A stretch of DNA of 59,830 bases, filler included, from Sphacelaria rigidula (GCA_964200075.2; 6 parts of 6 records of this genome joined end to end with filler, not necessarily neighbours in it), one strand, 5' to 3'; positions 39,240-52,816 are shown, numbered from the whole stretch's first letter. The notes: generated from the sequence alone by a model not told the origin. Numbers and translations are program-made.

Positions 39240-39780
39240 CCGATGTGCGGTTGTACTCAACCACAGAAATGAGCTGTAGGTGCATTTCCATACTGTGTCC
39301 GATACTTTTCCGTGCACCGTGAGGGTGGGGGCTCCACTTTTCAACGTGGATAACTCCTCAACCGCCAACTTGTTTCGGGAGGCACTTGATGCGTTGTCTC
39401 CAGGTAGCTTTGCCGATCTCGTGTCCCACCCGAGACTTTTTGACGTGGACCCAGATATCTGTCGAAGAGTATTATCAAAGTTGTGCTTCGCGAAAAAAAT
39501 GGAAAAATCTCGAAAAAGTGGAGAGGCAGCAGTCCAGGACTGACCCAGCGCAGATTTGCTGGTGCAACCCTGAAGGTGACGGCGGTCGCCTTTACCTTGT
39601 GAACAATAATGCATACTGAGATCAGTACACGCAATTATAACCGGGCGTCGGCCGAAAGCCACGACTGTAAGCTTTTGCCCCCCCCTCTTTCTCTCTTTTC
39701 CCTCTTCTTCTCTTCTCCTCTTTTTCTTTTTCCCCAGCGTGGATAATGGCGACAGAACCTTAGAAACCAATGGCAAAACA
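39240..39780 (-). mobile_element. Retroelement fragment related to the 20 kb relic
   Basis: Shared peptide segment (VEELSTLKSGAPTL vs TDELSTLERSSPIL); lies near a contig end. Confidence 0.3.
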
Positions 39781-39855
39781 GTGCATCACAAACAATACCA
39801 AGGGTCGGACGAATAATGATTCGTTTGGAAATTACTTGGTTTTAGTATAATTGAT

Positions 39856-39955
39856 NNNNNNNNNNNNNNNNNNNNNNNNNNNNNNNNNNNNNNNNNNNNT
39901 TAATTAATTAANNNNNNNNNNNNNNNNNNNNNNNNNNNNNNNNNNNNNNNNNNNN
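39856..39955. other. Artificial contig linker
   Basis: Same 100-bp spacer. Confidence 0.97.
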
Positions 39956-40160
39956 CCTTGGACCAGCGATCAACTTTCTTCTTCCTTTTGGGCGATCAGG
40001 CCGAAGAAATAGTGCATTTGGTGATTTTGAATTGTGATGATTTGTCCTAACCGTGCAACCCTTGACTGGTGCTTCGTTCTGCGTTCGGTTGACTACATTG
40101 CGGTGAAAAGAGGGGCTACAAGGTGCGTGTTGCAAGGAATATGCGACAAACGAGTACTTC

Positions 40161-40371
40161 ATTGATTGATTGATTGATTGATTGTCGCACTTCAACTGAC
40201 CCCCCAGGGGTCCAGCTGTGGTCTCATCATAGACGTACCCAAGAAAACGAAACTGAAACACGTTCTAAAGAAAAGAAGGGACAGGGGAAAAAAATGCCGA
40301 ACAGAAAGATAAAGCAGACTAAGTCGTAAAGAAAGAAGAAAGAAAGAAACGGCCGACCGAAAACAAAAATA
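40161..40371 (-). mobile_element. Non-LTR retroposon 3' end with (CAAT)n tail
   Basis: Reverse copy with a longer pyrimidine-rich 5' extension. Confidence 0.7.
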
Positions 40372-40454
40372 CTGTACGATACGATGAACCCTTTTGAGAC
40401 TGAAGTTCACGAACAAGGGGTTTACTATGTGTTAGTAAAATCATGAGAAACCCC

Positions 40455-40760
40455 GGGAGCGACGTGTCCAATCAGAGCGGGGCGAATTTTTTTTACCACA
40501 TCAGAACGACCAGTGGGGGGGGGGGGCTGTCGCCGGGCGTGATGTCACTGCAAAGTTGGTGTACCCTGTCCCTTGCCCACAAAAAGGCCTTCGAAGCAAA
40601 AGAATGCCCAAGGGGCCGGGGCTCGGATTCCCGATTTTTCCATCATTTACTTGCATTTTATTCAGGCCCGACGTCCCATTCCCCGATTTTTCTTGCGTCA
40701 CCATCCCCGAGTAAACCCTTATTGATAAAAATAACACGTAGTGCTCGGGGGAAATTCGGG
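40455..40760 (+). repeat. Dispersed repeat, homologous to 59475-59780
   Basis: Shared GTGATGTCACTGCAAAGTTGGTGTACCCTGTCCCT and flanks. Confidence 0.8.
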
Positions 40761-40995
40761 AATAAATGTACCCTGCTATACACGTGGCCATGTTCACAAG
40801 GCGACCGAATGTAGCGACGCATTGCAACGAGCGACGGAGCTAGAGGCATGAGTTCTGCGTATCTCTCTGTCGAGGCGGTACAAGCGGCGTTGGTAATATT
40901 TAATCGATGGTTACGAACAAGCTGTGTATTCGTCACGGAGAACTGCCCACAACACGTGAGGGAGTATGCAGCGGCATAGGTGCTGGTGCACTGTA

Positions 40996-42117
40996 CAGGC
41001 TGGGCCGCCCACGACGCGGACAGGGATGTGAACACGCGATTGAACAGCTCAATTTTGGGCTGTTTTCTATGAAATTTCGACACAATGTTCAGGACGTATG
41101 TGCGAAGACGCCCCCATTTGCCCCGTACATTTTTTACTCTATGGGGGGGGGGATTATTCACGATTTCGTTCCAAAAAAATTATTCCCAAAGGTTTGGTCG
41201 CCGATAACTCACGAGAAAAAAAACAAGAATGTACGGGGCAAATGTGGACGTCTTTGCACATCCTGTACATCGTGTCAAAATTTCATATAAAACGACCTGA
41301 CATTAAGCTGCTCAATCACGTGTTCGTGTCCGAGACTGGTTTTTATGTGACGAATCACCATCGACGAGAAAATGAAACGCGGTTATGCTGATCAATTTAA
41401 GGAATTTTTTCACCAAATCCCGACACGATGCGCATGAGGTATGTTTAAGAGTCCCTATTTTCCCCCCGTGACATTTTTTCTTCCAAGAGTTGTCGACGCT
41501 TTCGTACCAGGAGAAAATGTTCCGAAATTTACATCACCAATAACAAACGAGGAAAATGAAAATGAAAAAAAGGGGCAAACGATAGGGGCTCCACATACAC
41601 TCCACGTATATTGTGTCAAAATTTCATGGAAAACAACTTCAAATTGAGCGATGAAATCGTGTTTTTCTGTCGAGAACCGGTTCGCGTGCTGTTAGAGTAC
41701 GATGACCTCAGCCAGGACTTTGTTTTCTACAAGCGCGACGCCTTGGCGCGCTGGAGGTCTCGTCTGCGTGACATCTCAGACACTGCGCGCCTACAGTACA
41801 TGCCTTGTTGTACAACCACAAATAGTGCAGCACCATCACTTTGCGGCCGCGGCAAAACTGACAGACCGCAAATGCGATTTCAGCAGTTTTTCTCCCTTAT
41901 TGCGCAGCACATGCCACCCTCAACTCGCTACACTTCGCAGCTGACTACAATTTGGTATTTTGTTAGATGGGAACTTGTCAGATCGCAGTGCTACGTGAAG
42001 TGAAGGGCACGTGTTGATTTGCAGGTTACCACGATGTGTCATAGTAGGCACAACTCGTGATAGATCGTCAGCTGGAACCAGCTGGAGGTAAGTCCGCTTC
42101 TTCGGCGGCCCAGCCTG
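40996..42117. mobile_element. Tc1/mariner-type non-autonomous element (1.1 kb)
   Basis: TA|CAGGCTGGGCCGCCCACGACGCGGAC ... GTCCGCTTCTTCGGCGGCCCAGCCTG|TA. An inverted copy of its right end starts at about 44827. Confidence 0.8.
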
Positions 42118-43296
42118 TACTGTATCTGCAGCGCAACGCCCATGCCGTTCGAAGAGAATTTGCCGCTTGAAACAAAGAGAGAAATCGCGGCCCACCCCGA
42201 CAACAAGGGGCTGTGTGGCAAGGTGACGGGGACAATATCCAAGGTCAGAAGTGGCGGGTGGCCGTTGCCACATCCTGCTGAAAGCTCTCCACGGCGACTC
42301 ATGCTGCTTGATACATCAGTGCATTGCCTGATGCGCACAACACCGGAATTTTAGTACAGACAGTTTGTTCCTGCACTGAAAATAGATAGGATGCAGCTTT
42401 CGGTCTTACTCTAACCCTGCGGTTCAGTGTTTGAATATCGGACGAAAAAAAGTTCGATACGATATTTTCAAAGGATTGATACGGCTTTTTTTCGATACGC
42501 GGTAAATGACCCGATACGTATGAATACGTATCGATACTGATACTCCATACGATACGATACGGCTGTTTAGGTAGGGACGCAGCTTGCAAGACCTCACGGT
42601 ACTACATTGACACACTAGCAACCTAACCCGAAGTGGGTGCACGCCTGATTGTATGAAGGTACAGCAGCACCAGTGTGTGATTTGTTATCTGGCATACTAG
42701 AAGTGGGGGCACAACACGCGGCGTGGAGGTAACTTTACACTTGGGAGGGTGAGAAACCCTAAACCCTAACTCCAACAACGGCACACCGAGAACCCTTGCG
42801 AAAGGGGGTGCAAAGTTTTCCCTAGGCTAGGTGTGCGTTGCCAGACCTGAAATCGACTCCCCAGGAGTCGATTTCGACAAGAACGCGTTGGACGCACGCT
42901 ACAAGCATAATTGGAGAACATCCGCAATGGACATCCGGATTCAGCTGTCCACACGAAAATCAACCATAGCACCCTCCCGAGTGGTAAACTACTGTGAACA
43001 ACGTTTTCGCAAGATTGAGCATATAGAGCTGATTGAGAGTGGCTGACATCATTTGCTCTGACTTGGCCATTTTTCATTTCGTGAGTGCTTTTCTTTGCCT
43101 CTATTACTTGCGTGTGCTTACAGCTACACGTCTATATCCCACTCAGGGAATTCAAGGGCTTCAGTGGCAAGCTACTACAGAAAGCATATCGGGCGTCGTG
43201 GAGGGGCCTTTCGGAACTGAAACGATTTTTTCATTATTCAATCGTTTTTCACGCTCAATCGAAGTCTCTATTCTCAAACTCATGAGAACACTGTGA

Positions 43297-43486
43297 GGGC
43301 CTGTCTTAGCACATGGGTTTTTCGATCGAAAAAGTGCGGTGGAAAACAAAAATGTTGATCTGATAGGTCGCAATATCAACCATCGTCGTTTATTCTGAAG
43401 ATGGTTGAAATCATGACCTATCAGATCAGGATTTTTGTTTTCCACCACACTTTTTCGATTGAAAACTCATGTGCCAAGACAGGCCC
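43297..43486. mobile_element. 190-bp hairpin MITE, Tourist-like
   Basis: TGA|GGGCCTGTCTTAGCACATG ... CATGTGCCAAGACAGGCCC|TTA; self-complementary over almost its whole length. Confidence 0.85.
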
Positions 43487-45926
43487 TTACTAGCGGCGTG
43501 ATGCTTCGGTTCAACAAAAATGATTCTTCATTGTGCAAGAGGCAAGTAGCGAAAGAGTTAGTTGATCACAACGTATAAACAAAAAACAAAAAAAAACTCC
43601 TGAGTTGACCTTCCTCCTGTGTTACCCCAGCTGGTGCGCCCAATATACCGAAAGGTGTAGACCAGCGTCCAGAATAGATGGGACGACAACACACACACAT
43701 ATTTTGCGGCCACTACTCGTGCTCCGTCATGTTTCGATCGAATTCGAAAATTTACCTCGACTCTGCGCACTGCGAACGCATTCCTCATCATTGAATAACA
43801 AACGCGCCAAACCTCGAAATTGCGCGATGATATTGCAAACGCGCGCTCGCGTTCTCCTCTTCTCCACACCAAACACGGGGAAAAGTCGGCAGGAAACGTC
43901 CAATGTTTTCATCGTTGGCTACACAACCAAGTCAAAACTCCAGACACCTGAACGCCGAAGTGGTAGAATTCAAAAGCTTTTAGAAAGCAATGGATATATG
44001 AGAAAAGAAAATTACCGTCTACCCCCACACGCGAAACACCCCCGCCTACTTGAAACATTCACGAGGCATCCGCCGTACTCTTTCGCCCCCTTTTGCATGT
44101 CTGCGCACGAGATGCTGCTAAACCATCAACTGCAACGTGCAAGCAATGTAGAAACACCGTGCACAGAAACAATTCGGCTCCGCTGCGGCGATTGCTCATT
44201 AGCGCTTTTTTTTAGGGGGGGGCTCGGGTTCGAATCGCCCATTCGCCACCCGACTCCGTGGCACCCACGGAGAAACAACAAGTTATTGACCGCTCTGGCG
44301 CCCAACTTTTTGCGTTTCTTCTTGTGTGGTGTGTAGACAGGTGGATGGCGAGGTGGTGGGCATTGGGGTGATAGACGGTGGGCGGAGGAATGCGATAAAG
44401 TGGGGGACAATGTGCTGCTTACCCCCCCCTCCCCCCCCCCCCCCCCGGTAAAAGAGATAAATTAATATATCGACGATATCAATATCCGATATCGATATTG
44501 ATGTTGACATGTATAGACAAATATCGGCTTAGAAACCGGCGATATCGATGCGCCGTATCGACCGATACATATCGAAATCGTATGGAGTATCGATACCCGA
44601 TTATCAACTCTGCTGCAGTTACATATATACGTGGATACTTGGACAACATGAAGCCACTGCTTCATTCTCATGCAGAACACGTCATTCCTAACCAGCCTCA
44701 TTGGTCGTTCCGGAGGCCCAGTACCACAAGCTTCAAGGGCAATAATCAGTTCTCAGGTGTCAGTAAAATGCCCTCAACTCATGAAAAAAAACAATCTATG
44801 CAAAGGTATTTTTATATCATGCCCTACAGGCTGGGCCGCGTAAGAAGCGGACTTTCCTTTAGCTGGTTCTAACTCACGATCTATCGCGAGTCGTGCCTAC
44901 TATGACACATCGTGGTAATCTGCATAGCAACGCGCATCTTTTACCTCGATCTGACAAGTTCCCATCAAACGAAATGTAGAGAGTTAAGTGGCATGTGCGG
45001 CGAAATTGGGAGAAAAAAACGGCTAAAATCGCATTTACGGTTACGCGCGGGTACCCCTGAACGAACGGCGAGCAAAGTACCCAATTTCCGCTCGAGAACG
45101 CGCGTGCAGTATGCTCAGCACAACATGCAGAACACCCAGTACAATACATGCACCGACCGTATGGTAAGCAGCTCAGAATGTATATTGGCTGTCGTCCGGC
45201 ACAGCGCAGTGGTGGTGCAAAGCAGGCTAGCGCATTGCAGTAGTAGTACACTACGTTAGAGTAGAGTAGGCTATTTGCAGCACGTCGCCAACACCAGGAG
45301 CACATAACAGCACGCGGGGCCCAAACAGCGCTAAAAAAGATGCTGGTGAAATCGATAGTTGTTCAAGCTTCAGACATCCCCAGGTGTGACAGTTAAGGTG
45401 TGCTGCCGTGCACCCTTTCACGGACGGCAGGAGTACCAGAGTATACGGTTTCTCATGATCATGACACTACTGCAGTCTCTCTTGTTCATTGGACCCGAGC
45501 TCTGCCGAGCACAGTAGCGTGTGGGCGATGCTGAACAATATACGAGCATACACGTCCCTTTGCGCAGAGAGTGCTACAGCGGCGATTAACTTTCATCACC
45601 ATGACGAGGTGCCATTGCAGCCGAAACACTGTGCTCGACGACCTGTCATGAAGCTATTTCGACCCAGACGCGGTTCTTGGGCATTTGCAAACAACGCTGG
45701 TAGTATGCGCACTCTGTATGTTTGCGTCATGACGGGCGCCCAGGGTTCGCCCCTCCTCGGCAACATCCTCAAACGCTCAACGACTGCGACTCTGAGACGT
45801 CTGTATCGACTACTGGATGTCACCATTTTCTGCAGCTAGTCGTAGGAGTGGACTCTTAGCCGTCGCGTTCCCGAATTTAGTCGTGTGTTGACTCTCAGTC
45901 GTGGTCATCTTGTGAATATTTTCATA

Positions 45927-46145
45927 CTTCCTGTCCCATAAGTAAAGGTACCTAAATTTGTACGGGCCCTTAACGATGCCCGATCGTTTTTTTCTTTCAA
46001 CGAACTCTACGGTGTTTTTTGGGTGAAGAAAATATTTTCTTAGCCCGAAAAACACTGTAGAGTTCATTGGAAAACAAAACAAAACGATCGGACATCGTGA
46101 AGGGCCCGGACAACTTTAGGTACTTTCACTCACGGGACAGAGGAA
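45927..46145. mobile_element. Hairpin MITE with Stowaway-like ends
   Basis: TA|CTTCCTGTCCC...GGGACAGAGGAA; about 100-bp inverted arms. Confidence 0.65.
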
Positions 46146-46812
46146 TTTTGTGTGAATTCTTAGTCGCCACCATTTACCGAATTTACTCGTAGAAGTCGAT
46201 TTTTGGACATCGTCATCTTTCGCATCTAGTCGTAGGAATTGACTTCTAGTTATCGCCATTTTCCAGATTCAATCTATTATCAAGAGACGTAAGTCACGGC
46301 TCGAGAGTGGTTGTACATGCAGTTGGCACGCATGTCGCGTTTTCTCAACGATAACTTTTTCCTGTAGGTATGGCGAGTGTTGTATCGTGTGTACAAACTT
46401 TCACGAAGTCGGACACCTCATGAGCTACCGCAAAGATCCAATCAAAAATGACTCTCAGATCATTTGTCCAACAAGACTCAACACGTAACAGCGGGGTCTG
46501 AGAAGGCTTAGCGTCGCCTTCGCGCTACTCCGCGTGCTCGGGGTCCAGCGCTGTGGGAGGCAAGTATGGACAAACGGGAATCACGAGCTAGCTCAATATC
46601 CCAATCGGTAAACTAATAACAAAAAGTCACGTTCAGGTAGCTCAAGAGCTGTCAGACGTGCAAACTTTCTTCAGCAGCGAAATACAGCGGTGCAAGCAAA
46701 TCAGCGCATGTTACCCCTCTTCACTGCACAAAAACCATCACAGCCTCATCCCTGCTTGAACTCCCAGACAGCGATCCCCCCGCAGGTGGACTGAGTTAGA
46801 CTTTGCCACATT

Positions 46813-47748
46813 TGGGTTCAGAACCGCTCTTTTTTCGCTACACAAAACGCCTTTTTCATGAACATCTGGATATTTCTCATCTGTATAGAAGACAGTCCCC
46901 GAGTACCCCTGACCAGTTTTGACTCTGGAGTCAATTGCGTGCAGAGTCGGTATGTATGTGTGCTGTATGTCTTCACTGGACACAGGGGCAGGAGACACAG
47001 TAAGTGTGCCATCGCTCTCCACTAAACATAATTAATTTCACTGCATGCTGCTGATGCTTTTACCTAGTGCTCAGCATCAACACTACAGACAATGTGGAGC
47101 TACGCTGGCAGCACATGAGGGGTGAGGCAGGCGGCGTAGATTACAAGCAGAATACAAAAAACTTCATTTGTACCCATGTAATCCATGGTTGATTTCCAGT
47201 GACCAAAATGAGTCGTGGGGGTAAACAGCGAATTAGTCCGATGCAGTCCACACGAACCGGAAGAATGTGCTCATTTTGACGACCGTGATTGATCAGGATG
47301 GGCATCCCGCGCCTCTCGCGCCTCGTGCACGGCCCATAATTTTCCGCGAGAACCTCCAAACACACATGTTTGACTTGATTAGCTTTTTGGGTTCTGTGCG
47401 AATAAACACCCTCCCCTCGAAAGCCACCCCTCCCCGGCCACTGGAAACCACCGGATGTCTCCAGACTGTCAGCCTGTGAAACTGTTCCGGGGTAACGCTC
47501 GTTATCCAAAAGTTGATCCTTGGACGACGAGCGTCGCCTCGGAACAGTTGTATAGGCGCACAGTCCCGAGATATCCGGGGGTTTCCAGTGCTCGGGGGGG
47601 GGGGGGGTCTGTACGCAGAGCACCGCAGAAGCCCACGGAGTCAACCATGCGTGTTTGGAAGTTTCTCGCGGAAAATTATGGGCCGTGCAAGGGGCTCGAG
47701 AGGCGCGGTATGACCATTTTGATCAATCACGGTCGTCAAAATGAGCAC
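46813..47748 (+). repeat. Dispersed repeat containing a foldback (47267-47748)
   Basis: Homology to 5250-5925; inverted arms GTGCTCATTTTGACGACCGTGATTGATCA / TGATCAATCACGGTCGTCAAAATGAGCAC. Confidence 0.8.
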
Positions 47749-48735
47749 TTTTGTAACGTTTCCACGAGACTGCTGTAAGATTGGTTGCGTCGTCAAGTAT
47801 GAAAGCTCATTATCGTCACCTGAAATCAACCATAAATTACATAAACCAAAAAGCATGTGTTGCTGGGTGTCTGTATCTTCAGTGATGCCTAAGCTTTGTA
47901 ATACCTGCATACCTATCTGGTATACAACGTAATGGCGCAACACGCGAGCCCCCACCACGAGTATCCAGTGCGCATTGCGGACCAGATGTCGGGAGGTTTG
48001 CTGCCCGCGATTCAAAGGCGGCGGATCGTGTTGTCCACTTAGAATTCTCAGTAACAATAGCCCAAGTGAGGCCGCGCCGATGAGCGCGGCACGTGCTGTA
48101 AGCGTGTTCGCAGCGGTAGTCATGGTGCAAAATCACGCATGCATGCTGCGTACCCTCAACACGTGCAAACCTGTGAGATCTAGTACGCTGTAGAAGGTAC
48201 GTGGAGCTGCGGCACCAAACACTACAGTGCTGCTGCTATGCACAATTATGCAGCGTAATAATCTAATAATATCAGTACTTCAGATTCCATACCACTACTG
48301 CACAGTCTGCAGGCGCCTGTGTCATGACTTCCACAACTATGTGCCTCGTATGCACCCCCGGGCCCTTCTGCCGAAGAGTACGCGTTGTGGTTTGTGACAA
48401 AAGAATGACTGTGAACCCAAAAAGTGGACAGTCTTACTCAGTCTTCCGGCGGGGGGGTCGCGGTCAAAGAGTTAAGCAGCTGTTTCTCATGAAAAAATAT
48501 GTGTCTGTTTCATTTGATTTTCCACAACTTTCTTCTCCACATTTTCAGCAACCGTTTATTTTCGGGTCCTTTTCGTGCGAACTCTGTCCCGACATCGGAA
48601 GCTTACGCCAGAATGGTGTTTGTACCGCTCATCTCCTCGAAGAGAGTAGACACGTGTAGTACAGCAGCCGCTGCTTCCCTCACCAAGATATATGATGGTA
48701 CGTTTCACGCGGCCGCGCGCCCCGGCCTACGCTTA

Positions 48736-49550
48736 CGAGCTGGGCCAGCCGTGAAGCGATTCTGCAGTTTGCAGGCCCATTATACGGCCAATACTCGGAG
48801 TTGGACCCTGAAATTTGGTATGGACAATGAGTTGGGCATATTAAAAAAATTACTGGCGCACACAAGGATTTTTTTTTTCTTTCCATGAGTTAGGGGCATT
48901 TTACCGATATCTGAAAACTGATTATTGCCCTTGACTCATGAGAAAAGGAAAAAAACCCTTGTGTGCGCAATAAATTTTTAATGCCCAACTCATCGTTCAT
49001 ACCAAACTTCAGGGTCCAACTCCAAGTTTTGGCTGTATAATCGGCCGTTTAGTGACAGGGTTAGAATAAATTCGGAACAGTATTTTGCAGGCCATTTACC
49101 GGCCCACGCTTGGTGTTTGTGTACTGAAATCTTGTGTGGGCGCTCCAAGGCAAGTTTAATAAAAAAAAGTGGGTCCGGTTCATTTTTTTCAACTTTCCCC
49201 ACTGGTTTAGGGCGTTCTACTATGGTGAAGACCATATTTCACGAGAACGCCCTAACCTCCATGAAAATGAAATGAAAAATGAAGGCCCATTTCTTTTTAT
49301 TCGGCACTCTTTTGTGGTTTTCTACACCAAAATTCGTCGCCATCCGCCAAATGCATCGATCGGAAGTTTCATTAGAGATTTTAGTGTAGGTATAGGAATT
49401 ACGAGAAAATATGGGCCCAAAATTTTGAGCAGATGGGCACCTTCCATTGATTGGACGATTAGTACGATATGCGGATCACGGCCCAACTCGTCTGTGTCCA
49501 TGAGATATTGCTTCAAGAACTTGAATCCGTTTTTAGGCTGGCCCAGCTCG
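48736..49550. mobile_element. Tc1/mariner-type MITE, same family
   Basis: Perfect 15-bp TIR CGAGCTGGGCCAGCC / GGCTGGCCCAGCTCG, flanks TA and TG; colinear with 27499-28716. Confidence 0.8.
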
Positions 49551-49843
49551 TGAAACCCTGCAGAACACTTTTTTACGGTCATGAACCGTTGTGAAAACTG
49601 TTGTCAAATATAGCTGTCGGGAAAGGGTTGTGACCCGGAAATAATTCCAGCCTCGTATCTCGGATCATATGAAGCGGCTTCAGTGTCCCACACTACCAGT
49701 ACTGTGCGTCGGAGACTACGGGTGCGTCGACAGCACAGAGTAAAAATCACCTCCGTTGATGTGTGCTTCAGTGCTTGCACGGTTAGGACGAATGATACGA
49801 CTACGAATCACCAAATCCACGATTTCTTCGGCCTGGTTGCCCA

Positions 49844-49943
49844 NNNNNNNNNNNNNNNNNNNNNNNNNNNNNNNNNNNNNNNNNNNNTTAATTAATTAAN
49901 NNNNNNNNNNNNNNNNNNNNNNNNNNNNNNNNNNNNNNNNNNN
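49844..49943. other. Artificial contig linker
   Basis: Same 100-bp spacer. Confidence 0.97.
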
Positions 49944-50785
49944 CGAAGATTTTAATCCTCCGGGTTCTCATCCTCAATGAAAAGCACCATCCTCAACATG
50001 GATGATCGGCTGTTTCCATTTCCATCCCTCTGGAATGACCTTTATATGGGCTATTCCTCTGATGCTGTTCAATCCCTGTTGAGGGGTTTACTATTCAGCC
50101 TTCAGAGGGGTTATACGCCTCCAGAGTCTTTTCTCCCTTTAGATGGAACAATTTTCTTGTTGAGGGATTTTTGGGGGTAGCCAAATGGTCGCGTGTGCGT
50201 TAAGTAGGACCCTTAGCATGGACGTCAGCCCTTTGATTGCTAAGGAGCCATTCTGAGTTCATGTGTGCGCCAACGCGAACTTTTGTGATTTCAATACGTG
50301 TAGCTTTGATCCGCGAATCCCTCGTAGTAGAGATCCCAAAATGCTCCCGCAGTCAAGGGTTTCATCATGATAATTTGGACAACACCGCGGTCAAGAAGTG
50401 TATGACCGGAGATGCTGTTCACTGTCCACCGAGGAGTCATGATGGTACTTAATATAGGAGAAAGTAGCATAATATGTTACACCAGTATAATTATGTGCCA
50501 CCTGGGCGCAATTTTCAGCTAAATAAACCCTAACTAAACAGCAGTTTCGAGGTGGAAGACCCCTACGCGGTGGCGCCTATATATAATAGATACCAGTTGC
50601 AAAAAAGTACAGTCATACTCCCTCCGCTCCGCAATACAAGCTGGAGAAGGATTTTCCGAATACATGGGTGGTTTGTAGTACTCGGAGTATGTGCTTGAAA
50701 GTAGACCATTTAGCCACGGCGGGAAGTCGGGCAGAGACGAGGTGATTTGGTACCTCCTCGCCAGCAGCGAAGGAGAGGCTCTTAA

Positions 50786-50884
50786 CCCTTTGACCGCGAG
50801 GGTTGGTCACCTGCTGAATCGGCATCAATTATCACTTGAGAAAAGTATGCATGGTCCAGATGGACTGCTCCCGCGGTCTAGGGG
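50786..50884. mobile_element. 99-bp piggyBac-like micro-element
   Basis: TTAA|CCCTTTGACCGCG ... CGCGGTCTAGGGG|TTAA. A truncated second copy starts at 50949 and a similar end lies at about 48460-48476. Confidence 0.65.
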
Positions 50885-52412
50885 TTAAGCGAGGTCCGTA
50901 CCAGACAGCCGAACTTCTCCGCGGCTGCCTGATGTGCACCTCGCTTAACCCTCGGACCGTGAGGGTGGATCACCTGCTGAATCGGTATCAATATTGACTT
51001 GAAACAAGTGCGCATGATCCAGATTGACTACCCGCATCACCTCATATCTTTCAAAATCGTTGAAATTCTTGCGTTTTTGCACCTGGGAGGCACTCCCAAC
51101 AGCTGACATGCCTCACCATACGATGGGAAAGATTTCAAGCTCTTGACCGGAGGTGCAAAGTGCGGGTGGTGATTTCGAGTTAATTCTGCTGGGGGGGGAA
51201 ATCAAAACAAAAAACTGGTTCTGGCCGAACCACGTGAAAGAGACGAAACCGAAAAAAAACACTGTTCGAAAGAAGACAAAAGAGTACGAGACATAGACCG
51301 GAGTTACACCGCATTCGGCCCTTATGCAGGTTACAGTACTACATACGACGGAGGGAGAACAGCGCAGTACGGTTCGCGAACCCCATACATGGCCGGCAAA
51401 CTTCCCGCTCATTATTCAGGCTCAGCACGAAGTTCGACTTTCTCGTCTTCCCAGAGTCAACGTAATATAAGGAGGACCTTCCCAGGATGCTTTCAGCTCG
51501 AATGCGTGTCCTTCGGATGATACCGCCACGTCTGTTGGCCAGATACAAGATGACGCGCTGGTAGTCACAGTCGTACTCGTGTCTCACCTGGTATCATAGT
51601 ATAGGTACTCTGATCCCCAGGTCGCAGGGAGTTCGCCTACTATCGACCAGGAACATGACGCGTCATTAGTCACTATTCCCAGAACATACAGATGACAGAG
51701 CGAAGCGAATGTTTTTCGTATTGCACGCAAATAGCATGTACAACTTTTCACAAGTGGGTCGGAGGTCACAGTCTTCGTGTTTTATACAAAAAGGTTTGCT
51801 TCGCTAAGTTGCACTTTTAAGTGTCGCCGTCCAATCATCACCTTCCATCGAATGATAGGTACGCACAACATGCTCCATCATCCTTGCCCATGGACAGCGC
51901 AGTATTTTCCGTAGAGAATACTTGCAGAGCCTGTTGCGTACACGTCGTGGAGTATTATGTGCAGGCGTTGATAAGAGATATGCTATACTGCTGTACTGTG
52001 CACCACCCTAAACGTCGAGTAGATTTTGTAGGCAGGTGTACTCTCGTCCAGCACGCATTGGCGACCGAAAACAACCTAGGTGCACTCCTTCATTTTTAAA
52101 AATTCAAATATGAAAGCCTCGGGCTTGCCCAATCACAACCTCTCTTGGCGCGTTCGGGTGTAATTGCGCCGCATTGTTGTCATCTCATCCTTATCCCGCG
52201 TGTACAATCTCCTCTGTCGGACAACCAGACTCTAGCTGTGCCGTCACGCTACGACGCAGTACTAAGGACGCAGGGTTGTTCCTACTCAGCAGTAGTCCAG
52301 CGGCTACCACGTGGAGTTGTACCTGACTCATAAAACGTCCCGCTTACCATCTTAGAGGCGGGCTGTTGTCGCGGGCGCGCTGCACCAACTGTCCCGCATC
52401 TACGGGCGGCCA

Positions 52413-52816
52413 ATGCTCACCAGTTCACTCGCACTACGACGACGGCTCACAAAAAGCTGCTTCAAGTTAGGCGGAGCTCAGCCATACTCGCCGATTGTAT
52501 TTTGCTCTGTAATTAGCGGCAGAGAGTGGCTGTCGAGGTTTGACAAAAAACGAGCGCCGCGCGCAAGCTACATCCCATTCAACAACTCGTCTGCGACGCC
52601 GCAAAATCTACTCCTTGTTACTGCAACAACGCGAGGTTTTGGTATGGATGCCGTCTTCAGTTGCGAGCGGCCCAAGGCGCTACAAGATATCGAAGATGCT
52701 CATCAGGCCGCCTGTGATGCCGGCATCTCGCGATATTCTGATCCATCAACGGGGTACATGGTCTTCACCCAAAATGCGCATGAGAAACGGGGGTTTTGCT
52801 GCGGGAGCATGTGTAG
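52413..52816 (+). CDS. Exon 1 of DUF5522 (C1orf53-like) / PP-loop ATPase fusion gene
   Basis: ATG at 52413. Translates ...[44 protein letters not shown], the DUF5522 signature (YxDPxTGYxVFT..H.xRGxCCGxxCRHCP). Ends at donor AG|GTGAGG (phase 2). Confidence 0.85.

Noticed and set aside
43605..44336. 243-aa ORF
   Set aside because: Non-ATG start, no recognisable motif, and the composition of repeat or non-coding DNA.
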